Source: Acidobacteriota bacterium
GTDB taxonomy: Bacteria > Acidobacteriota > UBA6911 > RPQK01 > JAJDTT01
Reading direction: 5' to 3'
DNA: 64,000 bases
Assembly: GCA_965263035.1 (NCBI GenBank)
Contig: OZ253580.1
Location: 5,696,001-5,760,000, forward strand
Shown: positions 47,134 through 56,489 of the stretch, piece after piece
How the letters are laid out: each line of letters begins with the position of its first letter
Position numbering within the stretch: position 1 is the stretch's first letter
Notes under the pieces: generated by a model
Seen by the model: only the letters and a program-made list of their open reading frames with translations
Told to the model about the DNA's origin: nothing
Database searches by the model: none
Made by a program: the position numbers and the translations under genes

Positions 47134-48768
47134 ATGAGTACCTACCAGATCGGCGATTATCGGCAGACCTACGCCAGTTTCCGCCTCACCCGCCCCGAAC
47201 GCTACAACTGGGCCTTCGACGTGTTCGACCGCTGGGCCGGCGATCCGGGCAAGTTGGCCATGCGTTGGGTCAGCGATGCCGGAAATGTCCGGAAGGTGAC
47301 GTTTCGCGAATTCTCCCGGACCTCGAACCGGTTCGCCAACGCACTGTCCGGACTGGCGGTGGAACCGGGAGAGCGGGTCTTCGTCATGCTCCCCCGGGTC
47401 GTCGAATGGTGGGAGGTCCTCCTGGGGGGAATCCGGGCCCGGGTCGTCAGCGTGCCGGGCACCACGTTGCTGAGGCACAAGGACATCGTCTACCGGATCA
47501 ACGCCTCGGGTGCTTCGGTGGCCGTGACCGATGCCGCCAACGCAGACAGGATCGAGGCTGTGCGCCCGGAGTGCCCGCGGTTGCGGCACGTCATCGTCGT
47601 GGGCGGGAGCCCCGGTTGCCTCGGCTATGAGGACCTGCTGGCGAAGAGTTCCCCCAGTATGGATCATCCCCGGAATCTCTCCACCGATCCCCTCATGATC
47701 TACTTCACCTCGGGAACCACCGGACCGCCCAAGATGGTCGTGAACGACCATGCCAGCTATCCGAAAGCTCACGTCATCACCGGCAAGTTCTGGCTGGACA
47801 ACCGGCCCACCGACCTTCACTGGACGCTGTCGGACACGGGATGGGCCCAGGCCGCCTGGACCTGCCTGTTCGCGCCCTGGAACATGGGGGCGGCGATCTT
47901 CATCTGGGACCACCGGGGCCGCTTCGATGCGGAGCGGACCCTGCGGATGCTCCACGAGCATCCGATAACGACCTTCTTCGCGCCTCCCACCGCCTACCGG
48001 ATGCTGGTTCAGCAGGATCTGACCCGTTGGCCGGCTCGAGCCCTGCGGCACTGTCTGGGAGCCGGGGAGGCGGTCAACCCCGAGGTGATCGCCACCTGGA
48101 AGGGGGCGATGGGTCATCACATCTGGGAAGGCTACGGTCAGACCGAGACCGTTCTCTGCGTGGCCACCTTTCCGGGTATGGAATATCGGCCCGGGTCCAT
48201 GGGAGTCGCCTCACCCGGGTTCCGGATGGGAGTGGTGGACGACTCGGGGAATGAAGTCGCTCCCGGAGAGGAGGGAGAGATCGCCATCCGGGTGCGCCCC
48301 GACCGGCCTCTGGGCCTGTTCTGCGGGTACTACCGGAACCCGGAGGCGACCGCAAGCTGTTTCGTAGGCGATTGGTACACCACCGGAGACCGCGCCACCC
48401 GGGACGAGGACGGCTACTTCTACTTCGTCAGCCGCACCGACGACGTCATCAACACCTCCGCCTATCGGGTCGGGCCCTTCGAGGTGGAGTCGGCGTTGCT
48501 GGAGCATCCGGCGGTGGCGGAGGTGGCCGTGGTGGGGAGTCCCGACCAACTGCGGGGAGAGATCATCAAGGCTTTCGTCGTCCTCGGTCAGTCCGCCCGG
48601 CCCTCGGAGGACCTGATCCGGGAATTGCAGGCCCACGTCCGCAACGTCACCGCTCCCTACAAATACCCTCGTGAAATGGAGTTCATCGACGAACTGCCCA
48701 AGACCATCAGCGGAAAGATTCGCCGCAACGAGCTCCGAAGGTGGGAGCTGGAGAAGAAGGCCCGCTGA
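47134..48768 (+). CDS. Medium-chain acyl-CoA synthetase
   Basis: YFTSGTTGPPK, EGYGQTET, YTTGD, PKTISGKI. Confidence 0.92.
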   Translation: MSTYQIGDYRQTYASFRLTRPERYNWAFDVFDRWAGDPGKLAMRWVSDAGNVRKVTFREFSRTSNRFANALSGLAVEPGERVFVMLPRVVEWWEVLLGGIRARVVSVPGTTLLRHKDIVYRINASGASVAVTDAANADRIEAVRPECPRLRHVIVVGGSPGCLGYEDLLAKSSPSMDHPRNLSTDPLMIYFTSGTTGPPKMVVNDHASYPKAHVITGKFWLDNRPTDLHWTLSDTGWAQAAWTCLFAPWNMGAAIFIWDHRGRFDAERTLRMLHEHPITTFFAPPTAYRMLVQQDLTRWPARALRHCLGAGEAVNPEVIATWKGAMGHHIWEGYGQTETVLCVATFPGMEYRPGSMGVASPGFRMGVVDDSGNEVAPGEEGEIAIRVRPDRPLGLFCGYYRNPEATASCFVGDWYTTGDRATRDEDGYFYFVSRTDDVINTSAYRVGPFEVESALLEHPAVAEVAVVGSPDQLRGEIIKAFVVLGQSARPSEDLIRELQAHVRNVTAPYKYPREMEFIDELPKTISGKIRRNELRRWELEKKAR

Positions 48769-48799
48769 CTCTCGCCTCATCCCCGAAAGCCGACCGTTC

Positions 48800-49939
48800 A
48801 TGCCCTTTTCCGAAGACCACGAGCTCTTTCGCGAGTCTCTGAGACGCTTCGTGCAGGAGGAGATCCTGCCTCACGTGGAGGAGTGGGAAGAGAAGGAGGA
48901 GACGCCCCGTTCGCTGTTCGAGCGCATGGGGGAACTGGGTTTCCTCGGCGCCGAGTATCCGCCCGAATACGGCGGCGGCGGCGCCGACTTCTGGATGTCG
49001 GTGGTCCTGGCCGAAGAGCTGGCGCGCTGCCGCTCCGGCGGCGTGGCCTTCGGCGTCATCGTGCATACGGACATGTCCTCCCCCTGGCTGGTCCACTTCG
49101 GAACCGAGGCCCAGAAACGGCGCTATCTGCACGACATCATTCTGGGCCACAAGATCTGTGCCCTGGCCATCACCGAACCGGACACCGGATCGGACATGGC
49201 GGCCCTCTCGACGCGTGCGGTCCGGGACGGCAACGACTGGATTCTGACCGGGGCCAAGACCTTCATCACCAACGGCGTGAACGGAGATCTCTACTTCGTG
49301 GCCGCCCGTACCCGGGAGGACGGCCCCCGTCGCGAGCGCCTCTCCCAGTTCCTGGTGGAGCGTGGCAGCCCCGGCTTCAGCGTGGGACGGAAGCTCAAGA
49401 AGACCGGGATGTTGGCTTCGGACACGGCCGAGCTAGTCTTCGACGAAGTGCGGGTTCCCGGCGAGAACCTCCTGGGAGTGGAAGGACAGGGGTTCGCGCA
49501 ACTGGTGTCGGGCCTGCAACGGGAACGGCTCGCGGCGGCGGTGTTGTGCGTTTCCGCCGCCCAGCAGGCACTGGAGGACTGCGTCGAGTACCTGAACCAG
49601 CGCCATGCCTTCGGCCGGCCCCTCGCCCGGTTTCAGGCCCTGGCCCACCGGCTGGCCGACATGGCCACGGAGGCGGAAGCGGCCAGGCACCTCACCTACC
49701 ACGCCGCCTCCCTCTTCGCGTCGGGGCAGGAGTGCACCCGGGTGGTGTCGATGGCCAAGCTCTACGCCACCGAGATGGCCAATCGCGTCGCCTACCACGC
49801 CGTGCAGATGCACGGCGGGTACGGGTACATGCGAGAGTATGCCGTGGAGCGTTTCGCCCGGGACTATCGACTCTGGCCCATCGCGTCGGGCACGTCCGAG
49901 ATCATGCGGGAGATCATCTCCCGTGACTTGTTGCGGTAA
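48800..49939 (+). CDS. Acyl-CoA dehydrogenase
   Basis: AITEPDTGSD, GAKTFITNG, QMHGGYGY. Confidence 0.93.
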   Translation: MPFSEDHELFRESLRRFVQEEILPHVEEWEEKEETPRSLFERMGELGFLGAEYPPEYGGGGADFWMSVVLAEELARCRSGGVAFGVIVHTDMSSPWLVHFGTEAQKRRYLHDIILGHKICALAITEPDTGSDMAALSTRAVRDGNDWILTGAKTFITNGVNGDLYFVAARTREDGPRRERLSQFLVERGSPGFSVGRKLKKTGMLASDTAELVFDEVRVPGENLLGVEGQGFAQLVSGLQRERLAAAVLCVSAAQQALEDCVEYLNQRHAFGRPLARFQALAHRLADMATEAEAARHLTYHAASLFASGQECTRVVSMAKLYATEMANRVAYHAVQMHGGYGYMREYAVERFARDYRLWPIASGTSEIMREIISRDLLR

Positions 49940-49953
49940 GGGAGCGGCGGCTT

Positions 49954-50085
49954 GGAGCGGCGACATCCTTGTCGCCGACCAGGGGGGTAGGGGGGACGGA
50001 GTCCCCACTTTACGCTTCTCTACGTTTCTCACCCGCGGATTCGCGTGGCAAAAGGGAAGAGGAGGCGATTAGAAATCGCCCCTCC
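49954..50085. repeat. REP doublet (REPIN-like)
   Basis: GGAGCGGCGACATCCTTGTCGCC ... GGCGATTAGAAATCGCCCCTCC between convergent genes. Confidence 0.8.
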
Positions 50086-50089
50086 AATC

Positions 50090-50854
50090 CTACTTCCGGC
50101 GCCGGCCCACGAACTCCTGGACCTTCCGCCGGCTCTCCCGGCTCTCGAAGCAAGCCAGAAAATCGGCCGAGGCCACGCCCTCCCAGTGAGCGCTCCTGAG
50201 TTCCGACATCCGGTGAAGCAGCGCCTTGGTCCGCGCCAAGCCCTCCGGCGGAAACGAGGCGAGCCGCCGCGCCAGCGCTTCTCCCCGGCCCAGGAGCTCC
50301 GAGTCCGGCACGACTTCATTGACCAGACCCATTTGAAGCGCACGAGTCGCGTCGATCTTCTCGCAGGTCAGAAGCAGCCAGCGAGCAGCGGCTCCCCCCA
50401 GCAGATCGACCGTCCTCCCCAACGACCAAGGTGGAGTCCATCCCAGTTCCACTTCGGGAAGGCCGAACACGGCGTTCCCAGCCGCAATCCGGAAGTCGTG
50501 GTAGAGGGTGACCTGAAGACCGCCCCCCAGGGCATAGCCGTGGACCAGCGCCAACGTCGGCTGGGGCAGGGAATCGAGCAGACCGAAGGCCTCCCCATAC
50601 CCCCGTTCCAGGGAGGTGGCCTCGGCGGCTGAGAGTGGCGCCAGCTCGCGCAGATCGCTGCCGGAACAGAAGGCCCGTCCCGCGCCCCGGGTCACCACCA
50701 CCCGGACCGAGTCGTCGTCGCGGATCCGGTTCAGGAATTGCACGTAACGCCGGACCATCTCCTGGTCCAGTGCGTTGAGCACTTGGGGCCGGTTGAGAGT
50801 GAGCCAGGCCACTCCGTCCCGAATGGTGAGTTGAACTGAATCAGTTGCCGGCAC
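50090..50854 (-). CDS. Enoyl-CoA hydratase/isomerase family protein
   Basis: LNRPQVLNAL, AFCSGSDL, GYALGGG, FGLPEVELG. Confidence 0.88.
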   Translation of the reverse strand: MPATDSVQLTIRDGVAWLTLNRPQVLNALDQEMVRRYVQFLNRIRDDDSVRVVVTRGAGRAFCSGSDLRELAPLSAAEATSLERGYGEAFGLLDSLPQPTLALVHGYALGGGLQVTLYHDFRIAAGNAVFGLPEVELGWTPPWSLGRTVDLLGGAAARWLLLTCEKIDATRALQMGLVNEVVPDSELLGRGEALARRLASFPPEGLARTKALLHRMSELRSAHWEGVASADFLACFESRESRRKVQEFVGRRRK

Positions 50855-51254
50855 CTGACTTCTCGCCGGCTCGGGCCAGAAACCGCGCCATGGATCCGAG
50901 AATGAAACGCTCGTGGGTGCCGCGGGCGATCAGGTCCCGTTCGTCATGCGCCTGGAACTGGAATCCGAGCCGCTTGCCCTCCAGTTCCACCAGCTCGACC
51001 CGAATCGTCACCTTCATGCCCACCGGCGTCGGAGCCAGATGCTGCATGTTCACCCGGGTTCCCACCGTGCCCTGGCCCTCGGCCAGGGTCGGCGCGGCGC
51101 AGCGGATGGCGCACGCTTCGATGAGCGCCACCAGTGCCGGCGTGGCCAGCACCTGGACACCGGGATTTCCGAAACGGTCTGCGGTCAGATCGTCGCTGAC
51201 CGTGTGCTCCGTCGTCAGGGTACGGCCCACTTTGAGAACGTCGGTCATTTCCAC
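50841..51254 (-). CDS. FlK-like hotdog-fold thioesterase
   Basis: VLATPALVALIE, TVGT..HLAPTPVG, GTHER. Confidence 0.88.
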   Translation of the reverse strand: MEMTDVLKVGRTLTTEHTVSDDLTADRFGNPGVQVLATPALVALIEACAIRCAAPTLAEGQGTVGTRVNMQHLAPTPVGMKVTIRVELVELEGKRLGFQFQAHDERDLIARGTHERFILGSMARFLARAGEKSGAGN

Positions 51255-51279
51255 CTTCTTTCTCGTACCGCTTCGAAAG

Positions 51280-52323
51280 TCAGTCCGGGGACCCGGTCAA
51301 CTCCTGACGGACGATTCGGGTTCCGGCCACCATGTTGCGCAGCTTATTGACCGTGATCCATCGGGGAAGCTGGAAGAAACCGCAGTCGGGTACGATCCAG
51401 AGCTTCTCGGGCGGAATATATTGCAGTGCGGCGCGAATTCGGTCCGCCACGTCTGCGGGCTTCTCCCGGTAAAAGGACTTGATGTCGATGACCCCGACGC
51501 CGATGTCCCGTTCCTGGGACAGCTCACGGCAGATCTCCAGCTCGTGCATCTCCCGGTTTGCGAACTCCAGAACGAACTCGTCGCACTTGGCCTCCAGCAG
51601 GTAGGAAATCATGGGCCCGTACTCCCGCTTGCCGCGGGGGCGCGACCCCAGGTTGCCGAAGCAGATATGAAAGGCGATCCTGGCATCGACCCCTTCCACG
51701 CACCGATTGTACAGGTCCAGGTACTCCTTCAACTCCCCGGGGATGATGGCGAAGGAGGGCTCGTCCAACTGAATGTAATCGGCTCCCGCCTTGACCAGGT
51801 CCTTGAGTTCCTGGTTCACGACCTCGGCGAATTCCCAGAACAGCTCCATGCGGTCCCGGTAGAACTCCCGCACCGACGAGTCCCTGAGGTGAATGGTGAC
51901 GGTCAAGGGACCCGGACAGGTGGCCTTGACCGGTTTGTCGGTCTGGGTCTTCAGGTACTTGAACTCCTCGACCACGCCGAGTCCACGGGGGACGGTCACC
52001 TTTTCCCGCAGCCGGTACCGGGGCACCGAGTCGTAGGCGTACAAACCTACCTTGCGAAGCGGCTCTTCCCGTTCGATGCCTTCCATCTTCTCGTAGAAGC
52101 TCTGGACGAAGTGCCAGCGCCGCATTTCCCCGTCGGAGATGACGTCCACGCCGGCCCGTTCCATATCCCGGATGGCGATGCTCACGGCGTCATCGTAGAG
52201 TTCCCGTTTGTCGGTCTTGCCGTATTTTCCCGCCTCGATGGCCTCCAACGCGGTATAGAACCAGCTCGGAATGGCATGGCTGCCGATGACCGACGTGGGA
52301 AGCAGCGGAAGATTTTCCTTCAT
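51280..52323 (-). CDS. Single-domain cobalamin-independent methionine synthase-like Zn enzyme
   Basis: SDGEMRR, IQLDEP, HICFGN, PDCGF. Confidence 0.88.
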   Translation of the reverse strand: MKENLPLLPTSVIGSHAIPSWFYTALEAIEAGKYGKTDKRELYDDAVSIAIRDMERAGVDVISDGEMRRWHFVQSFYEKMEGIEREEPLRKVGLYAYDSVPRYRLREKVTVPRGLGVVEEFKYLKTQTDKPVKATCPGPLTVTIHLRDSSVREFYRDRMELFWEFAEVVNQELKDLVKAGADYIQLDEPSFAIIPGELKEYLDLYNRCVEGVDARIAFHICFGNLGSRPRGKREYGPMISYLLEAKCDEFVLEFANREMHELEICRELSQERDIGVGVIDIKSFYREKPADVADRIRAALQYIPPEKLWIVPDCGFFQLPRWITVNKLRNMVAGTRIVRQELTGSPD

Positions 52324-52411
52324 ATTTCCTTTATCTCCTCAGAGAAGCGCCAAATCGTAACACAGGCTCTTCGGGCACCCAAACGTCCGCCCCGGCCTCT
52401 TCTTTCACTCC

Positions 52412-53644
52412 TCACTTCGCCGCGTATTCTTCCGGGTGGGCGAACAGGTCCCGCAGTTCTTTCAGGAAGAGGCCGGCCGGGTATCCGTCGACGGCCCGGT
52501 GATCGAAGACCAGGCAGAGGTAGGCCGTGGGAACGACCTCCAGCCGGCTCTCCACAACCAACGGCCTGGGCTGGATCCGGCCGATTCCCAGAATCGCCAC
52601 CTGGGGTGGATTGATGATGGGGGTGAACAGGTCGACGTGGGCGCCGCCCAGGTTGGTGATGGTGAAGGTCCCGTCGCTGACGTCGGCCAGATCCAGAGTT
52701 CCGTTCCGAGCCTTGCCGGCCAAGGACCGGCCTTCCTGGGCCAGTTGCTCCAGGTTCTTTTGGCCGGCATCTTTCAGAACCGGCACCACCAATCCCTGGT
52801 CCAGGTGGACGGCCAGGCCGATGTTGATCCCATCGTGGACTCGAACCTGGTTGTCCACCAGCGTGGCATTGAGGAGGGGATGCCGCTCCAACGCCACGGC
52901 CACCGCCTTCGTCACCAGGTCGTTGAGGGAGATCCGTATTCCGTAGCTGGACTCCCAGCGGGAGAGATTGGACTTACGGAATTCCACCGTCCGGCTCATG
53001 TCCACGTGCATCACTTCCGTCACCCGGGGGATCTCGCGCCAACTCTGGGAAAGCCTCTTGGCGACGCGGCCGCGGGTGCCGGTCAGGGGTATCGTCCGGC
53101 TCACTCCAGGACCGGACACGGGTTGCTGGGCGGCCTGGGGCGGGGAAGCGGCGGCGGCAGCCGCACGCAGAATATCGTCCTTGGTGATCCGCCCTCCGGG
53201 GCCGGAACCGGCCACGGTGGCCGGTTCCACGCCGTGCCGGGCGGCCAGCTTTCGTGCCACGGGAGAGATTCGTAATCGGCCGGACTTGGCGGGCCGTTTG
53301 CGCCGCGGTGAGGGACGGGTCGCGGCTCCTGGTGTCTTCTCCCGAGCCGCCGGTTCTCCCTCCGGAGCCAACAGGCGAGCCGTCTCCGCCGGATCGGGGC
53401 TCTCACCGGGAGCCAACAGGATCGCCAGCAGGGAGCCGATGGGCCGCTCCTGGCCGGCGGGAACGACGATCTTGTGGAGCGTTCCGTCCATGGGCGCCTC
53501 CACTTCGGTGGTCACCTTGTCGGTCTCCACCATCAGCAAGGGGTCCCCCTTGGCCAGGCTGTCGCCCTCCTGTTGCAACCACTCCACGATCGTCCCCGAT
53601 TCCATGGTGTGACCCAGGCTGGGCATTCCAAATTTGACCGCCAT
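52412..53644 (-). CDS. Dihydrolipoamide acyltransferase E2 (AcoC/PdhC-like)
   Basis: Lipoyl motif ETDKV, binding domain GSGPGGRITKDD, catalytic DHRAVDG. Confidence 0.92.
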   Translation of the reverse strand: MAVKFGMPSLGHTMESGTIVEWLQQEGDSLAKGDPLLMVETDKVTTEVEAPMDGTLHKIVVPAGQERPIGSLLAILLAPGESPDPAETARLLAPEGEPAAREKTPGAATRPSPRRKRPAKSGRLRISPVARKLAARHGVEPATVAGSGPGGRITKDDILRAAAAAASPPQAAQQPVSGPGVSRTIPLTGTRGRVAKRLSQSWREIPRVTEVMHVDMSRTVEFRKSNLSRWESSYGIRISLNDLVTKAVAVALERHPLLNATLVDNQVRVHDGINIGLAVHLDQGLVVPVLKDAGQKNLEQLAQEGRSLAGKARNGTLDLADVSDGTFTITNLGGAHVDLFTPIINPPQVAILGIGRIQPRPLVVESRLEVVPTAYLCLVFDHRAVDGYPAGLFLKELRDLFAHPEEYAAK

Positions 53645-53656
53645 GGGGATCGTCCT

Positions 53657-54628
53657 CTATCCGACCAGGTCTCGGGCCGTGGTGACCAGTTTCTCGACGC
53701 TGGGCACCGCCAGCTTCTCCAACACGGGGCTGAAGGGCATGGGCACGTCGGCGCCGGCGACCCGCCGGACGGGAGCGTCCAGATAATCGAAGCATTCTTC
53801 CGCGATCCGAGAGGCCAACTCCGCGCCCGAACCTGCCCGGCGAACCTCTTCGTCGGTGACGATGGCCCGATTGGTCTTCTCCACCGAGGAGAAAATCGTG
53901 TCGGCGTCCAGCGGGACGAGGGTCCGGGGATCGATCACCTCCAGCTCGATGTCTTCCGCACTCAGGATCCGCGCTGCTTCCAGCGCCTTCCCCACCATGG
54001 GGCCGGATGCCACCACCGTAATGTCACTCCCTTGGCGTTTGACATCAGCCTGTCCAAAGGGAATCACGTATTCCGTGTCCGGAACCTCCCCCTTGACCGA
54101 GTAGAGGCGTTTGTACTCGATGAACATGACCGGGTCCCGGCCCCGCAAGGCCGACTTCATGAGTCCCTTGGCGTCGCGGGGGGTGGAAGGAACCGCGACC
54201 TGCAGTCCGGGCACATGCATGAACCAGGCTTCCAAGCTCTGGGAATGCTGGGCGGCGATCAACCTTGCCGAACCCGAGGGGAGCCGCAAGACCACCGGGA
54301 CGTCGGTCTGCCCCCCGAACATGTAGCGGACCTTGGCCATCTGATTGACCACTTCATCCATGGCGCAGGTGATGAAGTCGACATACATGATCTCCGCCAC
54401 CGGACGCAGTCCGCACAAGGCGGCGCCGACGGCGGTGCCGACGATGGCGGCCTCGGAGATGGGGGTCTGCCGGATGCGGTCCGGGTACTTCTCGGCGATG
54501 CCCCGGGTGACGGCATAGGGTCCTCCGTGGGCGATCACATCTTCTCCCAGGACGAAAATGCTCGAATCCCGGGCCATCTCCTCGTGCAGGGCTTCTCGAA
54601 TCGCCTGATTCATGGGTATCGAGGGCAT
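53657..54628 (-). CDS. TPP-dependent dehydrogenase E1 beta (AcoB-like)
   Basis: LGEDV, TPISE, AQHSQSLE, EVIDPRTL. Confidence 0.92.
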   Translation of the reverse strand: MPSIPMNQAIREALHEEMARDSSIFVLGEDVIAHGGPYAVTRGIAEKYPDRIRQTPISEAAIVGTAVGAALCGLRPVAEIMYVDFITCAMDEVVNQMAKVRYMFGGQTDVPVVLRLPSGSARLIAAQHSQSLEAWFMHVPGLQVAVPSTPRDAKGLMKSALRGRDPVMFIEYKRLYSVKGEVPDTEYVIPFGQADVKRQGSDITVVASGPMVGKALEAARILSAEDIELEVIDPRTLVPLDADTIFSSVEKTNRAIVTDEEVRRAGSGAELASRIAEECFDYLDAPVRRVAGADVPMPFSPVLEKLAVPSVEKLVTTARDLVG

Positions 54629-54661
54629 GACGGTCTGGTCCTCCTTCTGGACGGATTTTTC

Positions 54662-55645
54662 TCACGCAACCGGGGTGGAGAAAACGTCGCGGGTCAACTC
54701 CTCCGGGCCGGGGTAGGGACTCTCGTCCGCGAAACGCACCGCTTCCGCGACCTCCTCCTCCACCGATTTCCGGATCGACTCGGCTTCCTCAGCCGTCAGA
54801 ATCCCCTTATGGAAGAGATGGGCCCCAAGGCTCTGGATGGGATCGTGCTGGCCGGACCAATCCGAAATCTCCTTCTTGGTTCGATACTGTTGAGGGTCGC
54901 CGAAGTTGTGACCGTGGAAGCGGTACGTCTTGCACTCCAGCAGAGTGGGCCCCTCGCCTCGGCGGGCCCGTTCGACGGCTTCGCCGGCCGCCTCGTATAC
55001 GGCCAGGACGTCCATGCCGTTCACCTGAGCACCGGGAATACCATAAGCGGAGGACATGGAGGCCACGTCCGTCACCAGTGTGATCTCCTCCTGGGGAGTC
55101 CACTGGGCGTACTGGTTGTTCTCGCAGACGTAGACCACGGGAAGGCGCCAGACGGCTCCCAGATTGATGTTCTCGTGAAAGGGTCCGCGATTGACGGCGC
55201 CGTCTCCGAAAAAACAGACGGCGACCTGCCCGCTCTCCCGCATCTGCGCGGCCAGGCCGGCTCCCGTGGCCAGACCGAACCCGCCCGCCACGATACCGTT
55301 GGCTCCCAGCATCCCCACGGCGAAATCCGCGATATGCATGGAGCCTCCCTTTCCCTTGCAGTAGCCGGTGACGCGCCCGAACAGCTCCGCCATCATGCGC
55401 CGGACGTCGGCGCCCTTGGAGATGCAGTGGCCGTGGCCCCGGTGGGTGGAGGTGATGTAATCGGCGTCGGTGAGATGGGCGCAGATCCCGACTCCCACCG
55501 CCTCCTGTCCGATGTAGGTGTGCAGCGCCCCCAGCACCTTGCCCTGGCCGGACTGGTACTCCGCCTGCTCTTCGAAGAGCCGGATGCGCCACATGGCGGC
55601 GTACATGTCCAGCAGTTGTTCCGTTGTCGGCCCTTCGATTCCCAT
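54662..55645 (-). CDS. TPP-dependent dehydrogenase E1 alpha (AcoA-like)
   Basis: THRGHGH, GKGGSMHIAD, GDGA..ENN TPP motif. Confidence 0.92.
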   Translation of the reverse strand: MGIEGPTTEQLLDMYAAMWRIRLFEEQAEYQSGQGKVLGALHTYIGQEAVGVGICAHLTDADYITSTHRGHGHCISKGADVRRMMAELFGRVTGYCKGKGGSMHIADFAVGMLGANGIVAGGFGLATGAGLAAQMRESGQVAVCFFGDGAVNRGPFHENINLGAVWRLPVVYVCENNQYAQWTPQEEITLVTDVASMSSAYGIPGAQVNGMDVLAVYEAAGEAVERARRGEGPTLLECKTYRFHGHNFGDPQQYRTKKEISDWSGQHDPIQSLGAHLFHKGILTAEEAESIRKSVEEEVAEAVRFADESPYPGPEELTRDVFSTPVA

Positions 55646-55685
55646 GGTGACGGTCTCTCCTTCGTTCCTCACTTCATGACTCCGT

Positions 55686-56489
55686 TCAACGAGCCAACCA
55701 ACCCCCATCCACGAACAGGCTGTGCCCCGTGACCATGGAGGATGCGGAGCTTGCGAGATAAAGCACGGCACCGGCCATGTCTCCGGTTTGGGCGACCCGC
55801 CGCAGGGGAGTGTACTCCTCGATGGCCGTCCGCATCTCGGGAATGTGCAGAATGGACGCGGCCAGCGGCGTGTCGGTGAAGGTGGGAGCGATCTCGTTCA
55901 CCCGGACTCCATGGCGGCCCCATTCCGCCGCCAGCGCCCGAGTCAGGTTCACCACCGCCCCCTTGGAGGCATGATAGGCCGAGTTGGGATAGAGCCCGCC
56001 GCCGCTGTGGCCCAGGATGGACGAGATGTTGACGATGCTTCCGCCTCCCTGGGCCGCCATCCGGCGACCCGCTTCCCGGCAACACAGGAAGGTGGAGGTC
56101 AGGTTCCTGGTGAGCACTTCGTTCCAGTCCGCCAGGCTCATCTCCATGGCCGGGACGTGTTTCCCGCCTCCCACGCTGTTGACCAGTACGTCCAGACGCC
56201 CGTACTCCTCCAGGACCTGCCCGAACCCGGCGGCGACCACCGGCTCCAGGGTCACGTCCCATTCCCGGACCGCGGTTTGCCCCCCTTCGGCGGCAATCTC
56301 GGCCCTGACCCGCTCAGCCGCCTCCCGGTCGCGGTCGGCCACCACGACCGCGGCTCCGGCCTGGGACAGGACATGGGAGGCCGTGCGCCCGATGCTGCCG
56401 CCGCCGCCGGTGACCACTGCCACCTGGCCGTCCAGGCGAAACAAGCCCTCGATCGCCGGGACGGAGGCTGGCGGCCGGTCGGAGATCAT
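55686..56489 (-). CDS. SDR family oxidoreductase
   Basis: TGGGGSIG, YHASK, VTGHSLFVDGG. Confidence 0.9.
   Translation of the reverse strand: MISDRPPASVPAIEGLFRLDGQVAVVTGGGGSIGRTASHVLSQAGAAVVVADRDREAAERVRAEIAAEGGQTAVREWDVTLEPVVAAGFGQVLEEYGRLDVLVNSVGGGKHVPAMEMSLADWNEVLTRNLTSTFLCCREAGRRMAAQGGGSIVNISSILGHSGGGLYPNSAYHASKGAVVNLTRALAAEWGRHGVRVNEIAPTFTDTPLAASILHIPEMRTAIEEYTPLRRVAQTGDMAGAVLYLASSASSMVTGHSLFVDGGWLAR

Noticed and set aside
51280-52323. Calling the MetE-like gene epoxyalkane:CoM transferase or metE
   Set aside because: There are no CoM biosynthesis or alkene monooxygenase genes here, and the protein is half the length of canonical MetE; only the family is supportable.
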